Shown here in pieces: positions 60,411-64,000 of a stretch of 64,000 nt of DNA. The stretch is from assembly GCF_035084215.1 (NCBI RefSeq), contig NC_090352.1, positions 27,652,001-27,716,000 on the forward strand, in the 5' to 3' direction. How positions within the stretch are numbered: the first letter of the stretch is position 1; each line of letters starts with the position of its first letter. The notes beneath the pieces are model-generated. The model saw only the letters and a program-made list of their open reading frames with translations, had not been told where the DNA came from and made no database searches. This DNA comes from Heptranchias perlo (Eukaryota). The position numbers and the translations under genes are program-made.

Positions 60411-62853
60411 AAAGAAATGACAGCCATCCGTGGCTAAGTAAAGAAATTAAGGATAGTATCCGACTTTAAAAAAAGGACATATAAGGTAGCCAAACTTAGT
60501 GGGAGGATAGAAGATTGGGAAGTCTTCAAAAGACAGCAAAAAGTAACTAAAGGATTGATTAAGAAAGGGAAGATAGATTATGAAAATAAATTAGCAAAAA
60601 ATATAAAAACAGATAGCAAGAGTTTCTATAGTTATATAAAAAGAAAAAGGGTGGCTAACGCAAACGTAGGTCCCTTAGAGGATGAGACCGGGAAATTAAT
60701 GGTGGGAAACATGGAGATGGCCAAAATGCTGAACAAATATTTTGTTTCAGTCTTTACGGTAGAGGACACTAAGAATCATAGAAGTTTACAACATGGAAAC
60801 AGGCCCTTCGGCCCAACATGTCCATGTCGCCCAGTTTATACCACTAAGCTAGTCCCAATTGCCTGCACTTGGCCCATATCCCTCTATACCCATCTTACCC
60901 ATGTAACTGTCCAAATGCTTTTTAAAAGACAAAATTATACCCGCCTCTACTACTGCCTCTGGCAGCTCGTTCCAGACACTCACCACCCTTTGAGTGAAAA
61001 AATTGCCCCTCTGGACCCTTTTGTATCTCTCCCCTCTCACCTTAAATCTATGCCCCCTCGTTATAGACTCCCCTACCTTTGGGAAAAGATTTTGACTATC
61101 TACTTATCTATGCCCCTCATTATTTTATAGACTTCTATAAGATCACCCCTAAATATCCCAACACTGGACAAACAGGGGGCTCTAGGGGGGGGGGGGGGAG
61201 GAGCTAAATACGATTAAAATCACTAAGGAATTGGTACTCAGTAAATTAATGGGACTCAAGGCGGATAAATCCCCTGGACCTGATGGCTTACATCCTAGGG
61301 TCTTGAGGGAAGTGGCGGTAGGGATTGTGGATGCTTTGGTAATAATTTTCCAAAATTCTCTGGACTCGGCAAAGGTCCCGGCAGATTGGAAAACTGCTAA
61401 TGTAACACCCTTATTTAAAAAGGGTAGTAGGTAGAAGGCTGGAAATTATAGACCAATTAGCCTAACATCTGTGGTGGGTAAAATTTTGGAGTCTATTATT
61501 AAGGAGACAGCAGCAGAACATTTGGATAAACATAATTTAATAGGACAAAGTCAGCATGGCTTTACGAAGGGGGAGTTATGTCTGACAAATTTGCTTGAGT
61601 TCTTTGAGGACATAACGTACAGGGTGGATAAAGGGGAACCAGTGGACGTAGTGTATTTAGACTTCCAGAAGGCATTCGACATGGTGCCACATAAAAGATT
61701 ATTGCTCAAGATAAAGAATCACTGGATTGGAGGTAATATTCTGGCATGGGTGGAGGATTGGTTATCTAACAGGAAGCAGAGAGTTGGGATAAATGGTTCA
61801 TTCTCGGACTGGCAACCAGTAGCCAGTGGTGTTCCGCAGGGGTCGGGCTGGGTCCCCAACTCTTTACAATCTATATTCACGATTTGGAGGAGGGGACCGA
61901 GTGTAACATATCAAAGTTTGCAGATGATACAAAGATGGGAGGGAAAGTAGAGAGTGAGGAGGACATAAAAAACCTACAGGGGGATAGAGACAGGCTGGGT
62001 GAGTGGGCGGAGATTTGGCAGATGCAATACAATATTGGAAAATGTGAGGTTATGCACTTTGGCAGGAAAAATCAGAGAGCAAGTTATTATCTTAATGGCA
62101 AGAAACTGGAAAGTACTGCAGTACAAAGGGATCTGGGGGTCCTAGTGCAAGAAAATCAAAGTTAGTATGCAGGTGCAGCAGGTGATCAAGAAGGCCAACG
62201 GAATGTTGGCTTTTATTGCTCGGGGGATAGAATATAAAAACAGGGAGGTATTGCTGCAGTTATATAAGGTATTTGTGAGACCGCACCTGGAATACTGCAT
62301 ACAGTTTTGGTCTCCATACTTAAGAAAGGACATACTTGCTCTCGAGGCAGTACAAAGAAGGTTCACTCAGTTAATCCCGGGGATGAGGGGGTGGACATAT
62401 GAGGAGAGGTTGAGTAGATTGGGACTCCACTCATTGGAGTTCAGAAGAATGAGAGGCGATCTTATTGAAACATATAAGATTGTGAAGGGGCTTGATCGGG
62501 TGGATGCAGTAAGGATGTTCCCAAGGATGGGTGAAACTAGAACTAGGGGGCATAATCTTAGAATAAGGGGCTGCTCTTTCAAAACTGAGATGAGGAGAAA
62601 CTTCTTCACTCAGAGGGTAGGTGGTCTGTGGAATTTGCTGCCCCAGGAAGCTGTGGAAGCTACATCATTAAATAAATTTAAAACAGAAATAGACAGTTTC
62701 CTAGAAGTAAAGGGAGTTAGGGGTTACGGGGAGCAGGCAGGAAATTGGACATGAATTTAGATTTGAGGTTAGGATCAGATCAGCCATGATCTTATTGAAT
62801 GGCGGAGCAGGCTCGAGGGGCCGATTGGCCTACTCCTGCTCCTATTTCTTATG
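60411..62853 (+). mobile_element. CR1 LINE, 5'-truncated, frameshifted, antisense in a TAOK1 intron; hosts a nested CR1
   Basis: NIKTDSKSFYSYIKRK, KSPGPDGLHPRVL, DFQKAFD, FADDTK, VRPHLEYCIQFWSP; 3' hairpin and tail. Confidence 0.96.
60776..61153 (-). mobile_element. Nested CR1 3' fragment of the 54604-56415 subfamily
   Basis: Near-identical to 54616-54992; interrupts the host ORF between ..VEDTKN and IPTLDK.. Confidence 0.95.
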
Positions 62854-64000
62854 TAGGAACTAACTTGTTGCTACCATTCCATACTTAATTTGCATTCCTT
62901 TCCATTAGCGAAATGTATTTCTATTTCCTGATCAATAAAGATTTCTTTGCCATTATTATTTACTACTGAACAAATATAACCAATGAAACAAAGTTAGTTT
63001 AAAGCAAAGATGCGAGGGATTTGTGTATCCTGGGATGAACTGCACCATCAGCTGCAGTTTTCCAAGAGTTTCTCGAGATGTAAAAACCATTCCCCCCAAA
63101 CACCAATTGTCTAAGTCATAAATAAACAATGGGGGCAAAAAGTGAATCACTCAAAGTCCGATTAAAATGAGCTTTTACATCACTGCACTACAAAACAGTT
63201 GTCATACACCTCTCTATTTCTGTAGCGATTCCCTTTTATATTTCTACCATTACTTCATTAACTACTAGTGGTCTTTCCCCAACCTGTTGCTAAACTATTA
63301 GCTTAACTCTTTTCCTCTCCCCAACTTTTGACCCTAATTTAAAAAAAAGTACGGATTTTTTTCCCCTTCCATCACAAATGCCTTTTGGCTGCTGATAAAA
63401 GGTTGTGCACCATATAGATGACACATAGGCATGTCAGAGACACACAAGATTCATTAAACTCGCCACAGACACAATCTAGATTAGTACAATTTGTATTTAG
63501 ATAAAAACAGTGCCGAACATACTGCAACTGTTCTGGTGAACATGTACTGACGCAGACCACAGGTTTAATAATCTAATATATTAAAAATCTTACATTTGCA
63601 CAAACTTCCTTTTAACGTTTGCCATTATTAATTCCTGTGTTCACACTTATAATGGAAACTGCCAATGTAAACTTGTCACGTTGTAATTACATGCTGCTGC
63701 CAGCGGTGGTGTTGTAGCCACTCAGTTTTGCATCTCCCAGCTCCTCAATACTGTAGATAAACTCTCATACTCCAACCAACTCCACTTTACTGCTTCCCAA
63801 ATTGCTGTTTCTTTGCTATTTAACTATGAATAATATTAAAGCAAAGTATTTATATAAAAAGGACAGAACGCATGACTTTAAAATAGGGACTGAATTATGT
63901 TTGCGTGCCATAATCCAAATAACCCCTGCCTTCTAACCCTGTTTTACCAGAAGATTACACTTGGTCTTGACTTCCCGTGTGCAATGCCATTAGGAGATTG

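Noticed and set aside
61184-61198. Poly-G run as a G-quadruplex element
   Set aside because: Homopolymer expansion inside a CR1; its length is unreliable

Overview
Repeat-rich vertebrate genomic DNA, very probably from a cartilaginous fish (shark-type CR1 LINEs, Deu-domain SINEs and Penelope-like elements). Recognisable genes are a single-ORF ARMC12/ARMC10-family armadillo gene (minus, 3590-4564), two-exon ABHD15 (plus, 33639-41342), and the last two coding exons plus a long, transposon-free 3' UTR of TAOK1 (minus). TAOK1 and ABHD15 are convergent, as in human 17q11.2. A possible three-exon 3' end of an unidentified plus-strand gene lies at 268-1450. Most other ORF-track entries are fragments of CR1, L2, Penelope or Gypsy elements. 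Main observations: (1) a young Penelope copy carries a well-formed minimal hammerhead ribozyme, and a separate 160-bp fold-back insertion 17 kb away starts exactly at its predicted cleavage site; (2) the ARMC12-like gene has an intronless coding region; (3) the conserved ABHD15 C-terminal motif has decayed into the 3' UTR. Identifications come from recalled protein and repeat motifs and manual reading. No searches were run, and repeat boundaries are approximate.
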